Positions 1 through 9,690 of a stretch of DNA of 64,000 nt are shown here, piece by piece; the first letter of the stretch is position 1, and every line of letters starts with the position of its first letter. The notes beneath the pieces are model-generated. The model did not search any database, was not told the DNA's origin, and worked only from the letters and a program-made list of their open reading frames with translations. This stretch comes from Pirellulales bacterium (GTDB taxonomy: Bacteria > Planctomycetota > Planctomycetia > Pirellulales > PALSA-1355). The stretch covers positions 20,884 to 84,883 of the forward strand of contig JBBDNV010000087.1 in assembly GCA_040877415.1 (NCBI GenBank), read 5' to 3'. The position numbers were made by a program, and so were the translations under genes.

Positions 1-103
1 CGGCAGGCTTTCCGGTAACGACCCGCTATTCACTAGGCGCCGATATCGCGGCGGCCTGCGGACAATTGGTCCGCACCGAACATCGCCCTCAGGCGTCGCT
101 GCG

Positions 104-928
104 ATGACTCGACGAGCTTTTCTGGTGATCGTGGCGGCCTCGGTGCTTTTGTGCGATCCGGCCACGGCTCGGGCGGCGCAGAAAGACAAACTGGTCGGCA
201 AGCTGCTGGTGTTGGCCGCGGCGAGCACCACCGACGCGGTCGACGTGATTCGGGCGGAATTCGCGCGGCTGCACCCGGAAGTCACGGTTCGCACGAGTTT
301 CGCGGCAAGTTCGGCGCTGGCTCGACAAATCGAGGCCGGCGCCCGCGCCGACGTGTTCCTCTCGGCCAGCAGCGAGTGGGCCGATCATCTGGAAAAGAAA
401 AAGCTGGTCGCGCGGCGGCGCGATTTGCTCGGCAACCGGCTGGTGGTGATCGTGCCGGTGGATGCGAAGATCAAGATCGACATGGCGTCCGACCTGGTCC
501 AAAAGAGCGTTCGCCGCCTGGCGATGGCCGATCCCCAGTCGGTTCCGGCCGGCATCTACGCGCGACAAGCTCTCGAGAAACTCCAACTTTGGGAGAAGCT
601 TCGATCCAAGGTGGCCGGCGCCGCCGACGTGCGGCAGGCGCTAAAGTTTGTCGAGACCGGCGCCGCCGACGCGGGCATCGTGTATGCAACCGACGCGGCC
701 GCCGACAAGCGAGTGCGCATCGCGCTCAAGCTGGATCCCAAGCTTTCCGAGCCGATTCGCTATCCGCTGGTGCTCGTTCAGGGGGCGGAAAGCAACGCCG
801 CGGCGGTCGCCTTTGACGAGTTCCTCGCGTCGCCGGCCGCGGCGGCCGTATTCGAGCGATTCGGGTTTGTCGCGCTCTCGAAAGCCGGCGAAACCAAACC
901 CCGAGAGGCAATCCCATGTGGTGGTTGA
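104..928 (+). CDS. modA: Molybdate ABC transporter substrate-binding protein (ModA)
   Basis: 274-aa ORF with a signal-like N-terminus (AFLVIVAASVLLC). ModA-like motifs are present (LLVLAAASTTDA, VFLSASSEWADHL, GIVYATDA). Its 3' end overlaps modB. Confidence 0.85.
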   Translation: MTRRAFLVIVAASVLLCDPATARAAQKDKLVGKLLVLAAASTTDAVDVIRAEFARLHPEVTVRTSFAASSALARQIEAGARADVFLSASSEWADHLEKKKLVARRRDLLGNRLVVIVPVDAKIKIDMASDLVQKSVRRLAMADPQSVPAGIYARQALEKLQLWEKLRSKVAGAADVRQALKFVETGAADAGIVYATDAAADKRVRIALKLDPKLSEPIRYPLVLVQGAESNAAAVAFDEFLASPAAAAVFERFGFVALSKAGETKPREAIPCGG

Positions 929-1608
929 CTGCCGACGAATGGTTGGCCCTGCAATTGAGCTTCAAAGTCGGGCTGTGCGCCGTATTGGCCAGCCTGCCGT
1001 TTGCCACCGCGGTGGGCTACCTGTTGGCGCGGTGGCAATCGCGCGGCAAATGGCTGGTGGAGCTGGCGGTGAACCTGCCGCTGGTGCTGCCGCCGGTGGT
1101 GACCGGATACTTGTTGCTCGTGCTTTTCGCGCCGCGCGGGCCGGTGGGCGGCGCGCTCGAGAATTGGTTTGGCGTGCGCATTGTGTTCAGTTGGATCGGC
1201 GCGGCGATCGCGGCCGCGGTCGTCAGCTTTCCGTTGATGGTCCGCGCGATCCGCCTGGCGTTTCAGGCGGTCGACCCGCGGCTGGAAATGGCGGCCCGCA
1301 GCCTGGGGGCGGGCCGCGTGGGCGCGTTTTGGAGCGTCACGCTGCCCTTGGCCAAAAGCGGAGTTCTGGCCGGCTGCGTGCTGGCCTTTGCCCGCAGCCT
1401 GGGTGAATTCGGCGCCACGATCATGGTGGCCGGCAATATCGTGGGCGAGACGCAGACGATTCCTTTGGCGATCTTCAGCTACTCGAATCGCCCCGGCACA
1501 GAGGCCGACGTCTGGCGGCTGGTCGGCATTTCGATCGTATTGGCCGCGGCGGCGCTAGTGGCCAGCGAGTGGCTGGAACGGAGGCACGCGCGGCGTGTAT
1601 CGACTTAG
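916..1608 (+). CDS. modB: Molybdate ABC transporter permease (ModB)
   Basis: 230-aa polytopic ORF with the CysTW-type permease signature (LPLVLPPVVTGY, ARSLGEFGATIMVAGN). It overlaps modA and modC. Confidence 0.85.
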   Translation: MWWLTADEWLALQLSFKVGLCAVLASLPFATAVGYLLARWQSRGKWLVELAVNLPLVLPPVVTGYLLLVLFAPRGPVGGALENWFGVRIVFSWIGAAIAAAVVSFPLMVRAIRLAFQAVDPRLEMAARSLGAGRVGAFWSVTLPLAKSGVLAGCVLAFARSLGEFGATIMVAGNIVGETQTIPLAIFSYSNRPGTEADVWRLVGISIVLAAAALVASEWLERRHARRVST

Positions 1609-2302
1609 CCTTCACTGCGTTCACCGCTTCGGCGGCGGATTTGCCATCGACGCCGCGCTGGCGACGACCGCCCGGGTCACCGCCCTGTTCGGTCCCTCGG
1701 GCAGCGGCAAGACGAGCATCCTGTACATGATCGCCGGTCTGTTTCGCCCGCATTCCGGCTCAATCTCGCTCGGCGATAGAATCTGGCTCGACACGAAGCG
1801 CGGCATCGACCTGAAGCCCGAGCGGCGGCGAGTCGGCTTCGTGTTTCAGGATCACCTGCTGTTCCCGCACCTGAGCGTCGAGCGAAACCTGATGTACGGC
1901 CGGCGCCGCCGGCCGAATCATCCGCAATCGATCCAGCCGGCGCGCGTCATCGAGGTGCTGGAGCTGGGCGAATTGCTGGGCCGCTATCCGCGGAATCTCT
2001 CGGGCGGCGAGAAGCAGCGCGTGGCCTTGGGCCGTTCGCTGTTGAGCGGTCCGGAGCTATTGCTCTTGGACGAGCCCTTGGCCGCGCTCGACGAGGGACT
2101 GAGGGACCGCGTGCTTACCTACCTGGAACGCGTCGTGGCCGAATGGCACGTGCCCACGCTCTACGTCAGCCACAATGCGTCCGAAGTGCGCCGCATGGCC
2201 GAGCACGTCGTTGTGCTGGAAGCGGGCCGCGTCACTCGGTGCGGCACGCCCGCAGACGTGCTGCCGGACAATCACTCTTCGCCAGGCGGCTCGCCGGTTT
2301 GA
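1595..2302 (+). CDS. modC: Molybdate ABC transporter ATP-binding protein (ModC-like, no C-terminal TOBE domain)
   Basis: GTG start overlaps the modB end. Walker A GPSGSGKTS, signature LSGGEKQRV and Walker B LLLLDEP are present. At 235 aa there is no Mop/TOBE extension. Confidence 0.8.
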   Translation: MYRLSLHCVHRFGGGFAIDAALATTARVTALFGPSGSGKTSILYMIAGLFRPHSGSISLGDRIWLDTKRGIDLKPERRRVGFVFQDHLLFPHLSVERNLMYGRRRRPNHPQSIQPARVIEVLELGELLGRYPRNLSGGEKQRVALGRSLLSGPELLLLDEPLAALDEGLRDRVLTYLERVVAEWHVPTLYVSHNASEVRRMAEHVVVLEAGRVTRCGTPADVLPDNHSSPGGSPV

Positions 2303-3930
2303 TTGGACCGTTTGGGCTCTCCGGACGGTTCGTTCGACTTTTCCTGCTGGGGCTTGATGAGCCCCTCCTTGATGTACTGGTCGACTCCCAACAGTTTTGG
2401 GTCCTTGCTGTTGGTGCCGGTGATGACCGGCATCGGGCGATAGTCGAACCACTCGCGATACGGGAGCCTGTCGGGCGGATCCGGTTCGGCGAAGGCCCCG
2501 TTGCCGAACGAATCCATCCACAAATCGCTGTCGGCCGAAAGCTTGCCGTCGGCAAAACGCAAGTCGTATTGGATGCCGTATTGCAGAGTGCCGCTGAGCG
2601 TGTTGTCGTGAACGTTGCCGGTATAAATGTAAATCAAGCCGGCCAGCGTCGCTCGACCGTCGGGCATTCCGATGGGAACGTAGGCCACCCAGCGCCACTG
2701 GGGTTCGAGCGTTTCGAGCCGCGTCGGCTCCTCCGCGAGCCGGCTGATCGGCTGCTCGTAAAAGTTCTTGACCATCAAGACCGAAGCCATCAGATCGTTC
2801 GAAAACAATAGCTCGGTCGTTCCCGGCGCGCGCTTGATTTCCACGCGCGCGAAAATGCCGTCCGCCGGCAACGCCTGTCCCACGTCGAGCTGCCGGTGTT
2901 CTTTGTCGCACAAACTCACGTGGAAAGTGGCCGTCAGGTAGTTGCCCTCGTTAAACAACTCGGGGTTGCGCTCGCAATTGCCTCGATAGTACGTGCCGGC
3001 GACTTGTTTGGGATGGTCGGGCCGGATCGGTTTCGGCGGCCAGCCGTAGGGTGTATTGCTCCAGGGGCTTCGTACCTCGTGATGTGAACGGTTGGCTTTG
3101 GCCAGCTCGCTTTCGATCTTCAGTACGTGGCCCCGCGCCACCGCCAACGCGACTCCCACGACCGAAACCGCCAGGAGCAGCAGCACCTCGCGGGAGTTCA
3201 CCCCGTCGCAGAACCTGCAGAACCGGGCCAGGCGTCCCGCCGTCCAACCGCGCCCATTGCGGAAGGCGGTTCGGCAGCGGATGACGGCCAAAAGCGCGAC
3301 ATTGAGCGCCAGAAAGCCGATCGTGTAGGGCATCGCGTACGCGTACTCGGCCTGATAGCGGTCAGCCAAATTGACCAGGTAATACACCGCCCGTTTGTAG
3401 AACGGCGCGGGTTTTGATGCGCTCGACGGGACGGGCCAAGGCGTGCCCTCGCCGACCCAGCGCCCGAGGAGCTCAATCTCCGGCTTGGAAAGGGGCGGCG
3501 CGTTCTTGGGCATGCGATACGCGCGATCGCTCGACGAGACGCGCGCCAAAAGTTCGTTGGTCGCGGGCGTGCCGCCCAGAACGTGTCTTCCCGAATCGCC
3601 GCCCCGCCTGGCGAATTCGCGCGCGTCCAGACGCAATCCGCCGCTGCGCTTTTGCGGTCCGTGGCACTTCCAGCAACGCTCGACGAGAATCGGCCGGACG
3701 TCGGCGAAAAAGTCGACGGGCTTATCCTTCGACTCGGCCGGCGGATGGTCGTCGGATCGGGCCGGCTCGGCGTCGGCGGGCCCGCTTTGCGCGGCCGCCG
3801 GCGACGGCTCTTCGGCCGGTTCGTGCTCTTGTCCCTGCGCCGCCGCAGACGCCGCCGCGCAGACGATCGCCGCCAGCCGCGCCGCCAGACGCCGGCAACG
3901 TTTACGATGATTGGCACGAAACGAACGCAT
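2272..3930 (-). CDS. Membrane protein with N-terminal Planctomycete cytochrome-c (PSCyt1-like) domain
   Basis: 552 aa. A signal/anchor is followed by FFADVRPILVERCWKCHGPQKRSGGLRLD (CxxCH). Then come hydrophobic segments (AMPYTIGFLALNVALLAVI, LLLLAVSVVGVALAV) and an unassigned C-terminal domain of about 300 aa. Confidence 0.6.
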   Translation of the reverse strand: MRSFRANHRKRCRRLAARLAAIVCAAASAAAQGQEHEPAEEPSPAAAQSGPADAEPARSDDHPPAESKDKPVDFFADVRPILVERCWKCHGPQKRSGGLRLDAREFARRGGDSGRHVLGGTPATNELLARVSSSDRAYRMPKNAPPLSKPEIELLGRWVGEGTPWPVPSSASKPAPFYKRAVYYLVNLADRYQAEYAYAMPYTIGFLALNVALLAVIRCRTAFRNGRGWTAGRLARFCRFCDGVNSREVLLLLAVSVVGVALAVARGHVLKIESELAKANRSHHEVRSPWSNTPYGWPPKPIRPDHPKQVAGTYYRGNCERNPELFNEGNYLTATFHVSLCDKEHRQLDVGQALPADGIFARVEIKRAPGTTELLFSNDLMASVLMVKNFYEQPISRLAEEPTRLETLEPQWRWVAYVPIGMPDGRATLAGLIYIYTGNVHDNTLSGTLQYGIQYDLRFADGKLSADSDLWMDSFGNGAFAEPDPPDRLPYREWFDYRPMPVITGTNSKDPKLLGVDQYIKEGLIKPQQEKSNEPSGEPKRSNQTGEPPGEE

Positions 3931-4233
3931 ACCTCAAATATACGTGCCACCGGCGGACTTGTCGCGGCTTGGCACGCGCGCAAAAGCCCGCCTATACTAA
4001 CGGCTCGTTGAGCACGGCGCGCCCTAGGAAGGCAAAGTCTACCTCGTGATCTACAAATTTGAGGACGGCAAAATGATCCAGTGCATGGAGGTGTCGAACG
4101 AGAAACGCTCCGGCGAGTTTACGGGCCAAGCCGGCAGCGGCAATCTGTTCGAAATCTGGGAGCGAGTCGAGTAGCCGCGCGCCCCCGCGTGGGGGCCGAA
4201 GTGGAGGGATCGCCCGCAGCCGAAAGATCGAGC

Positions 4234-5451
4234 ATGGACGAGCAGGGTCCGGCGTTGTCGCCGTCCGAGACTGCCGAAGCGAGCCCCAGGGGCCACTTGT
4301 CCCGCAACGTGCGGTTGTTGGGGGTGGTGAGCCTGGTCAACGACATCGCCAGCGAAATGATTTTTCCGCTGGTGCCGGCGTTTCTCACCGACGTTCTCAA
4401 AGCGGGTCCCGGCGCGCTGGGGGCGATCGAGGGAATTGCCGATTCGACCGCCAGCGTCGTCAAGTTGTGGTCCGGCGCGCTGTCGGACCGGGCCGGCAAG
4501 CGAAAGGTCTTTGTCGTGGCCGGCTACGCCTGCGCAGCCGTTTCGCGCCCGCTTTTGGGCATGGCCGCCGCCGTCTGGCAAGTTTTGGCGGTGCGCTTCA
4601 CCGACCGCTTCGGCAAGGGAATCCGCGCCGCCCCGCGCGACGCGATGATCGCCGATTCCACCGAACCGGCACTGCGCGGCCGGGCCTTTGGCTACAACCG
4701 CGCGATGGACCATCTGGGGGCGGCCATCGGTCCCGCCCTGGCTTTCGCCTTTTTGTCGCTTTGGCCGGGCCAGATGCGCGCGCTATTTCTATTGACGGTC
4801 GTGCCGGGCATCGTCGTCGTGGTGTTGGTGCTATTTGGCCTGCGCGAGCGGCCGATCACCACGCCGGCCGCCAAGGAGTTTCGCTTTACGCTGGCGCCCT
4901 TCGACCGCCGCTTTCGGGTGTACCTGGCGGCCTTGGTCGTCTTTACGCTGGGCAATTCGAGCGACGCTTTCTTGCTGTTGCGCCTGCGGGAACTGGGCGT
5001 GTCGCTCGAAATGCTGCCGCTGGTGTGGAGCGCGTTTCACGTCGTCAAAAGCGCCGGCAGTTTCCTGGCCGGACCCGCCGTCGACCGGTTTGGCCCGCGG
5101 CCGCTGATTGCAGCGGGTTGGATCGTCTATGCAATGATCTACCTGGCGTTTTCGTTGGCCACCACGGCGCTTCAAGGCTGGGCGTTTTTTCTGCTTTACG
5201 GCGCGTTCTACGCCCTGACGGAGCCCGCGGAACGTACGTTGGTCGCCAACCTGGTCGGACCCGACGAGCAGGGGCTGGCCTTCGGCTGGTTTAATTTCGC
5301 CATCGGCATCGCGGCCCTGCCGGCCAGCCTCATCTTCGGCGCGATTTACGAGGCTTACGGGGCGCAGGCGGCGTTCACCTGGGGCGCGGCCCTGGCGCTA
5401 GTGGCCGTGGCCATTTTGGGTGTGATCGGTCGGGGCACGAAGTCACGCTAG
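4234..5451 (+). CDS. MFS transporter
   Basis: Start placed at the internal ATG 4234 (MDEQGPAL), because the upstream part of the ORF is Arg-rich junk. About 12 hydrophobic segments. MFS loop motif GALSDRAGKRK. Confidence 0.75.
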   Translation: MDEQGPALSPSETAEASPRGHLSRNVRLLGVVSLVNDIASEMIFPLVPAFLTDVLKAGPGALGAIEGIADSTASVVKLWSGALSDRAGKRKVFVVAGYACAAVSRPLLGMAAAVWQVLAVRFTDRFGKGIRAAPRDAMIADSTEPALRGRAFGYNRAMDHLGAAIGPALAFAFLSLWPGQMRALFLLTVVPGIVVVVLVLFGLRERPITTPAAKEFRFTLAPFDRRFRVYLAALVVFTLGNSSDAFLLLRLRELGVSLEMLPLVWSAFHVVKSAGSFLAGPAVDRFGPRPLIAAGWIVYAMIYLAFSLATTALQGWAFFLLYGAFYALTEPAERTLVANLVGPDEQGLAFGWFNFAIGIAALPASLIFGAIYEAYGAQAAFTWGAALALVAVAILGVIGRGTKSR

Positions 5452-5871
5452 GCGACGGGAAAACACACGGTGCCGGCAACGGCCAATACTATACCTCATG
5501 CGTGCAATTTTCATCGATTTCCGCGTCATTGCGAGACGGGACAAGTCCTTGTGAAATGTTGCTTTACGCCGAGGCACAAGGTGAGGGTCGACCGCCACGT
5601 CTTGGAATCGAATGCAGAAACGTTTATTGGTCAGCCGATCTTTAATCTGGCAACTCGCTGTGACCTGCTGGCGGAGTCGCAGTTTGGCGACCTTGGTCAC
5701 CACTAAACGACATTGAATTTCACCACGACGTAAAAACAAGTGGTTTCCGATACATGGCGCGCTTCGGCGCCCATGAGCCGCACAGCGTTGCTGCCCCGCG
5801 CCTGTGCGGTTCTTTTTTGCGCCGACGGTTTTTTCGGCGCCCCCCGCTTGATCGCGTGCCGGCGCGCACGC

Positions 5872-7170
5872 TTACGCGCTGGCGAACAGAGCGCTGTCTG
5901 TTTGGCCGCTGGCGAGTTGTCCGGCCTTGACGACGCCGCCCTGCAGCACGGCGATGAACCGGCCGCGGTCTTCCAACAGCGCGATATCGGACAGTACGTC
6001 GCCATCGACGACCAGCACGTCGGCCAGTTTGCCGGGTTCGAGCGTGCCGAACTCGTCCTGGCGGCCCATGATCTCGGCGCCGGTTTTCGTGGCGCAGCGG
6101 ATGGTGTCGAGCGGGCTGAAGCCGACGTACTTGACGAAGAACGTCAATTCCTTGGCATACTTGCCGTGCGGATTCCAGGCGAAGCCGTAGTCGCCGCCCA
6201 TGCCCAGCCGTCCGCCGGCCTCGAGGATCAGCCGCGCGCTTTCGGCGCCTCCGTCGAGCGTTTCCTGGTGGCCGTCGATGACGTTTTGCGGCATGCCGAA
6301 CTCGGGGCCGCTGACGATCGAGGCGTATTCGAATTGCAAAGCGGGCACGACGGGCGTGTTGCGCTCAAGCAGCATGTCGAGCGCCTCGGTGTCCATGAAG
6401 GTGCCGTGCTCCAGCGTGTCGTAGCCGGCGCGCAGCGCGTTCTTGATGCCCGCCGTGGCGCGGCAATGTCCGGTGACCTTCAGCCGGTGGTTGTGCGCTT
6501 CTTCCACCACGGCGTGCATTTCTTCAAAAGTCATGCAGAGCGTATGGTGGTCGTTGGTTTGCGGCGCGGCGGCGTCGCCGGTGGGATAGGTTTTGACCCA
6601 TTCGACGCCGTCTTTGACCAGCTTGCGCACCGCCCGCCGCCCTTCGTCGGGGCCGTTAATCAAGAGAACCAGGCCCCCCATGCCGATCTTGCGGAAGTCG
6701 GGGTTCCAATCCATCAATCCGCCGACGCCGCAGATTTCGCGTCCGCTGGCCGCCAGCCGCGGCCCGGGGGTTAGTTCCTCTTCGATCGCCTTCTTCAGCC
6801 AGACGTCGATGTTGAACAGGCTGCCGCCGCTGCGCGCCGCCGTATATCCGCAGGCCAGCGCCAGCCGCGCGTTGGCCGCGGCCAGCAGCGTGACGTACTC
6901 GACCGGGTACTTGACGTCCAGGTCTTCCAGGTTCGCCACGTTGAAATACGTGGGATGAAAATGCGCCTCGACCAGCCCGGGCAGGATCGTGCCGCCTTGG
7001 GCGTCGAGGTGCGTGGCATCGGGCCCGACTTCGGGCGCGCCGGCAGCCCGTCCCGCGTAGGCAATTCGCCCGTCACGGATTACCACCGCGGCCTCGGGCA
7101 CGGCCGCCGCGCCGGTGCCGTCCACCAGTTGACCGTGCTCGATGATCGTCGTTCCGCGAGCCGTTTTCAT
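5872..7170 (-). CDS. Amidohydrolase-family metal-dependent hydrolase
   Basis: ILPGLVEAHFHP (HxH metal motif) follows the IRDGRIAYAG beta-sandwich start. C-terminal ADVLVVDGDVLSDI is typical of the amidohydrolase fold. Start chosen at MKTARG. Confidence 0.75.
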   Translation of the reverse strand: MKTARGTTIIEHGQLVDGTGAAAVPEAAVVIRDGRIAYAGRAAGAPEVGPDATHLDAQGGTILPGLVEAHFHPTYFNVANLEDLDVKYPVEYVTLLAAANARLALACGYTAARSGGSLFNIDVWLKKAIEEELTPGPRLAASGREICGVGGLMDWNPDFRKIGMGGLVLLINGPDEGRRAVRKLVKDGVEWVKTYPTGDAAAPQTNDHHTLCMTFEEMHAVVEEAHNHRLKVTGHCRATAGIKNALRAGYDTLEHGTFMDTEALDMLLERNTPVVPALQFEYASIVSGPEFGMPQNVIDGHQETLDGGAESARLILEAGGRLGMGGDYGFAWNPHGKYAKELTFFVKYVGFSPLDTIRCATKTGAEIMGRQDEFGTLEPGKLADVLVVDGDVLSDIALLEDRGRFIAVLQGGVVKAGQLASGQTDSALFASA

Positions 7171-7234
7171 GCGGTTGCACAACCCGAAGGCCGTCGTTAT
7201 TCTGCAATTCACGCCACTTGTCAGGCCAATCTAA

Positions 7235-8923
7235 GTGAGCCCAGCGGGCATGTCAAACAACCAGCCGCGCCGACGCATTCTTGGACTTAGCGCGATTTCG
7301 CTGCCGGCCTTTGTCTTGCTTTCGGCGCTCGCCGCGCCGCACGCATCGGCCGTCGAACCGCCGGCATCGACGAAGATCGTTTTCCTCGCCGGGACCGTGC
7401 ATCAGGGCCCCGGCGGGCATCCGGCGGGCACGCACGAGTATGAGTTGACCGCGCGGCTCTTGAAACACGCGCTAGAGACGGCGAACGTCTCGGGCGTCAA
7501 TGCCTTCGTGCACTTCGACGGCTGGCCGCGCGATCCGGCCACCCTGGACGACGCCGACACGATCGTGCTCGTTTCCGACGGGGCCGATCGCAACGAGCAG
7601 GATCACCCGCTGTTGGTCGGCGATCGCCTTGACACAATAAAAAAACAGATGGATCGCGGCTGCGGGCTGGTGGCCATCCACTGGAGCGTGTTCGTGCCGA
7701 ACGAGCACGGCGGAAAGGAGTTTTTGGAGTGGATCGGGGGTTACTTCGACTATCAGTCGGCGAGCGGGCCGAGAAACTGGTTCTCCAAGATTCAAACCGC
7801 GACGACCCGGCCCAAGCCGGCTTCACCCGGTCATCCGATTTGCCGCGGATTGGCGCCCTTCGAGCTGCGCGAGGAGTACTACTACAACGTTCGCTTCCGC
7901 GAGAACGACCCGCGGCTGGCGCCGATTCTCACGACGCCGATTCCCAACGAGGCGAAGGAGCAGGTCGTTGCCTGGGCGGTCGAGCGCGAAGGGGGCGGGC
8001 GCGGGTTCGGATTCACGGGCGGACATTTTTTCGACAATTGGGGCGTCGAGAACGTTCGCCGCATGGTGCTCAACGCAATTCTCTGGACCGCGCACGTCGA
8101 GGTGCCCGCCGGCGGCGTGCAAACGGCCGCTCCCCGCGCGCCCGATCCGCCGGTTGCCGCCCGCGACAAGCCGATCCAGGCGGTGATCGTCACCGGCCAT
8201 AATCATCCCGTTCACGCGTGGCGCGAGACGACGGCCGCGCTCGAGGATGCCCTCGCGCCAGACGCCCGGGTGCAGCTCACCGTTGTGACCGACCCCGAAT
8301 TCCTGGCCGCCCAAAACCTGTTCGGCTACGACGTGGTCGTGCTGAACTATTGCAACTGGCAGCGCCCCGGGTTGACGGACGCGGCCAAGGCGAATTTTCA
8401 GAAATACCTGTCCGGCGGCGGCGGGCTTACGATCATTCACTTCTCAAACGGCGCGTTTCATGCTTCGCTGCCCGAGACGCCCCCCTCCGACTGGCCCGAA
8501 TATCGCCACATTTGTCGCCGCGTCTGGGACCACGCGCCGGGCCGAAGCGCCCACGATCCGTACGGCCGCTTCACGGTCCGCGTCATGAAAGATCATCCGA
8601 TCACGAGCGGCCTCAACTCGTTCGAAACGATCGACGAGCTGTATTGCAACCAGCAGGGCGACTTGCCGATCGAGGTGTTGGCCACGGCACGCTCGACGAT
8701 CACCGGCAAGGACGAGCCGATGGCGCTGGTGTACGAGTTCGGCAACGGGCGGGTGTTTCAAACCGTGCTGGGCCACGCCGCCGAATCGATCCGAACGCCG
8801 GGCGCCGCGGCGCTCATTCGCCGCGGAACCGTGTGGGCCGCCGGGCATCCGCAGCGAAAAATCGCCGCGCCGGCCGAGCCGCCCAAGGCCGTTCCGCCGA
8901 AACTCGTGCCCGAGGGGCGTTGA
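7235..8923 (+). CDS. Secreted protein with two ThuA-like (trehalose-utilisation, class-I glutamine amidotransferase-like) domains
   Basis: Signal peptide (LSAISLPAFVLLSALAAPHASA). There are two repeats of the ThuA pattern: ADTIVLVSDG...GLVAIHWS and YDVVVLNYCNW...GGGLTIIHFSNGAF. Confidence 0.65.
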   Translation: MSPAGMSNNQPRRRILGLSAISLPAFVLLSALAAPHASAVEPPASTKIVFLAGTVHQGPGGHPAGTHEYELTARLLKHALETANVSGVNAFVHFDGWPRDPATLDDADTIVLVSDGADRNEQDHPLLVGDRLDTIKKQMDRGCGLVAIHWSVFVPNEHGGKEFLEWIGGYFDYQSASGPRNWFSKIQTATTRPKPASPGHPICRGLAPFELREEYYYNVRFRENDPRLAPILTTPIPNEAKEQVVAWAVEREGGGRGFGFTGGHFFDNWGVENVRRMVLNAILWTAHVEVPAGGVQTAAPRAPDPPVAARDKPIQAVIVTGHNHPVHAWRETTAALEDALAPDARVQLTVVTDPEFLAAQNLFGYDVVVLNYCNWQRPGLTDAAKANFQKYLSGGGGLTIIHFSNGAFHASLPETPPSDWPEYRHICRRVWDHAPGRSAHDPYGRFTVRVMKDHPITSGLNSFETIDELYCNQQGDLPIEVLATARSTITGKDEPMALVYEFGNGRVFQTVLGHAAESIRTPGAAALIRRGTVWAAGHPQRKIAAPAEPPKAVPPKLVPEGR

Positions 8924-9056
8924 TAGCTGGGCCGTCACGACTCCCCTCGAATCGGGCGTTTGTTGGCCGTGTTCGCTTGCTCGCAATCCCTGAGCGCCGT
9001 GCGGCCACTTTGGGCTACACCGCGAGCGATCGAGACCCTAGCATAGTACGGATATT

Positions 9057-9470
9057 ATGCCCGCTATCTACGAGCATTGGCTCACGGTCTCTCCGGGGGA
9101 GATTGACCGCTTGGGCCATGTGAACAACCTGGCCTACATGGCCTGGATGATCGACGCGGCCGTAGCGCATTCGGCGGCGCAAGGCTGGACCGGCGATCGC
9201 TACGAGCGGCTGGGTGCCGTGTGGGTCGTGCGGTCGCACGAAATCAAGTACGTCGAGCCGGCCTACGACGGCGAGCAAATCGTGGTGCGCACCTGGGTCG
9301 CCGACATGACCAAGGTTTCCTCGACGCGGCGCTACAAGATCGTGCGGCCCGCTGACGATCGCCTGTTGGCCGAAGCCGCCACGCGGTGGGCGTTCGTCGA
9401 CCTGGCAAGCGGGGCGCTGAAGCGCATTCCGGAGGAAGTGTGGCGGTCGTTCGAGCTGGTGTGCGAATAG
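9057..9470 (+). CDS. Acyl-CoA thioesterase, hotdog fold (4HBT/YbgC-like)
   Basis: 137 aa. VSPGEIDRLGHVNNLAYMAWM carries the catalytic D plus HVNN motif, with the typical hotdog length and pattern. Confidence 0.8.
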   Translation: MPAIYEHWLTVSPGEIDRLGHVNNLAYMAWMIDAAVAHSAAQGWTGDRYERLGAVWVVRSHEIKYVEPAYDGEQIVVRTWVADMTKVSSTRRYKIVRPADDRLLAEAATRWAFVDLASGALKRIPEEVWRSFELVCE

Positions 9471-9492
9471 TCACGGCCGCTGCACGCGCACG

Positions 9493-9524
9493 CACTCCCT
9501 CTCCGTTGACGGGGGAGTGATTTT
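9493..9524 (+). terminator. Candidate intrinsic terminator after the thioesterase gene
   Basis: A 7-bp stem CACTCCC / GGGAGTG (9493-9499 / 9513-9519) is followed by ATTTTAT. The loop is long (13 nt), so the call is weak. Confidence 0.35.
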
Positions 9525-9539
9525 ATGCGCATCGTCGGT

Positions 9540-9635
9540 TAGCCCGCCGGCTTTGCCGGGGGATCGTTGTACCGCGGCGATCGACTGGTTGGCATCCTGC
9601 GCAAGCGAGGAATCCCCCGGCAAAGCCGGGGGCTA
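9540..9635. repeat. Long-range inverted repeat (two about 24-nt arms, each itself a small palindrome) between convergent genes
   Basis: Left arm TAGCCCGCCGGCTTTGCCGGGGGAT (9540-9564). The reverse complement of the right arm (9611-9635) is TAGCCCCCGGCTTTGCCGGGGGATT, a 24/25 match. Each arm contains CCGGC-TTT-GCCGG. Confidence 0.7.
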
Positions 9636-9690
9636 AATGGTGACGTCGACGGTCAAAGTGCAACATCAAGAATTGCGCTTCGGGCGGGGA

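Noticed and set aside
1-103. Molybdenum-cofactor riboswitch upstream of modA.
   Set aside because: Only ~100 nt of upstream sequence is available, and I could not recognise the conserved Moco-motif elements. It cannot be assessed at the window edge.
1595-2302. The short ModC (235 aa, no TOBE domain) as a truncation or pseudogene.
   Set aside because: All ABC ATPase motifs are intact and the ORF ends cleanly. Short ModC-like ATPases without the regulatory domain are plausible, and there is no evidence of a frameshift.
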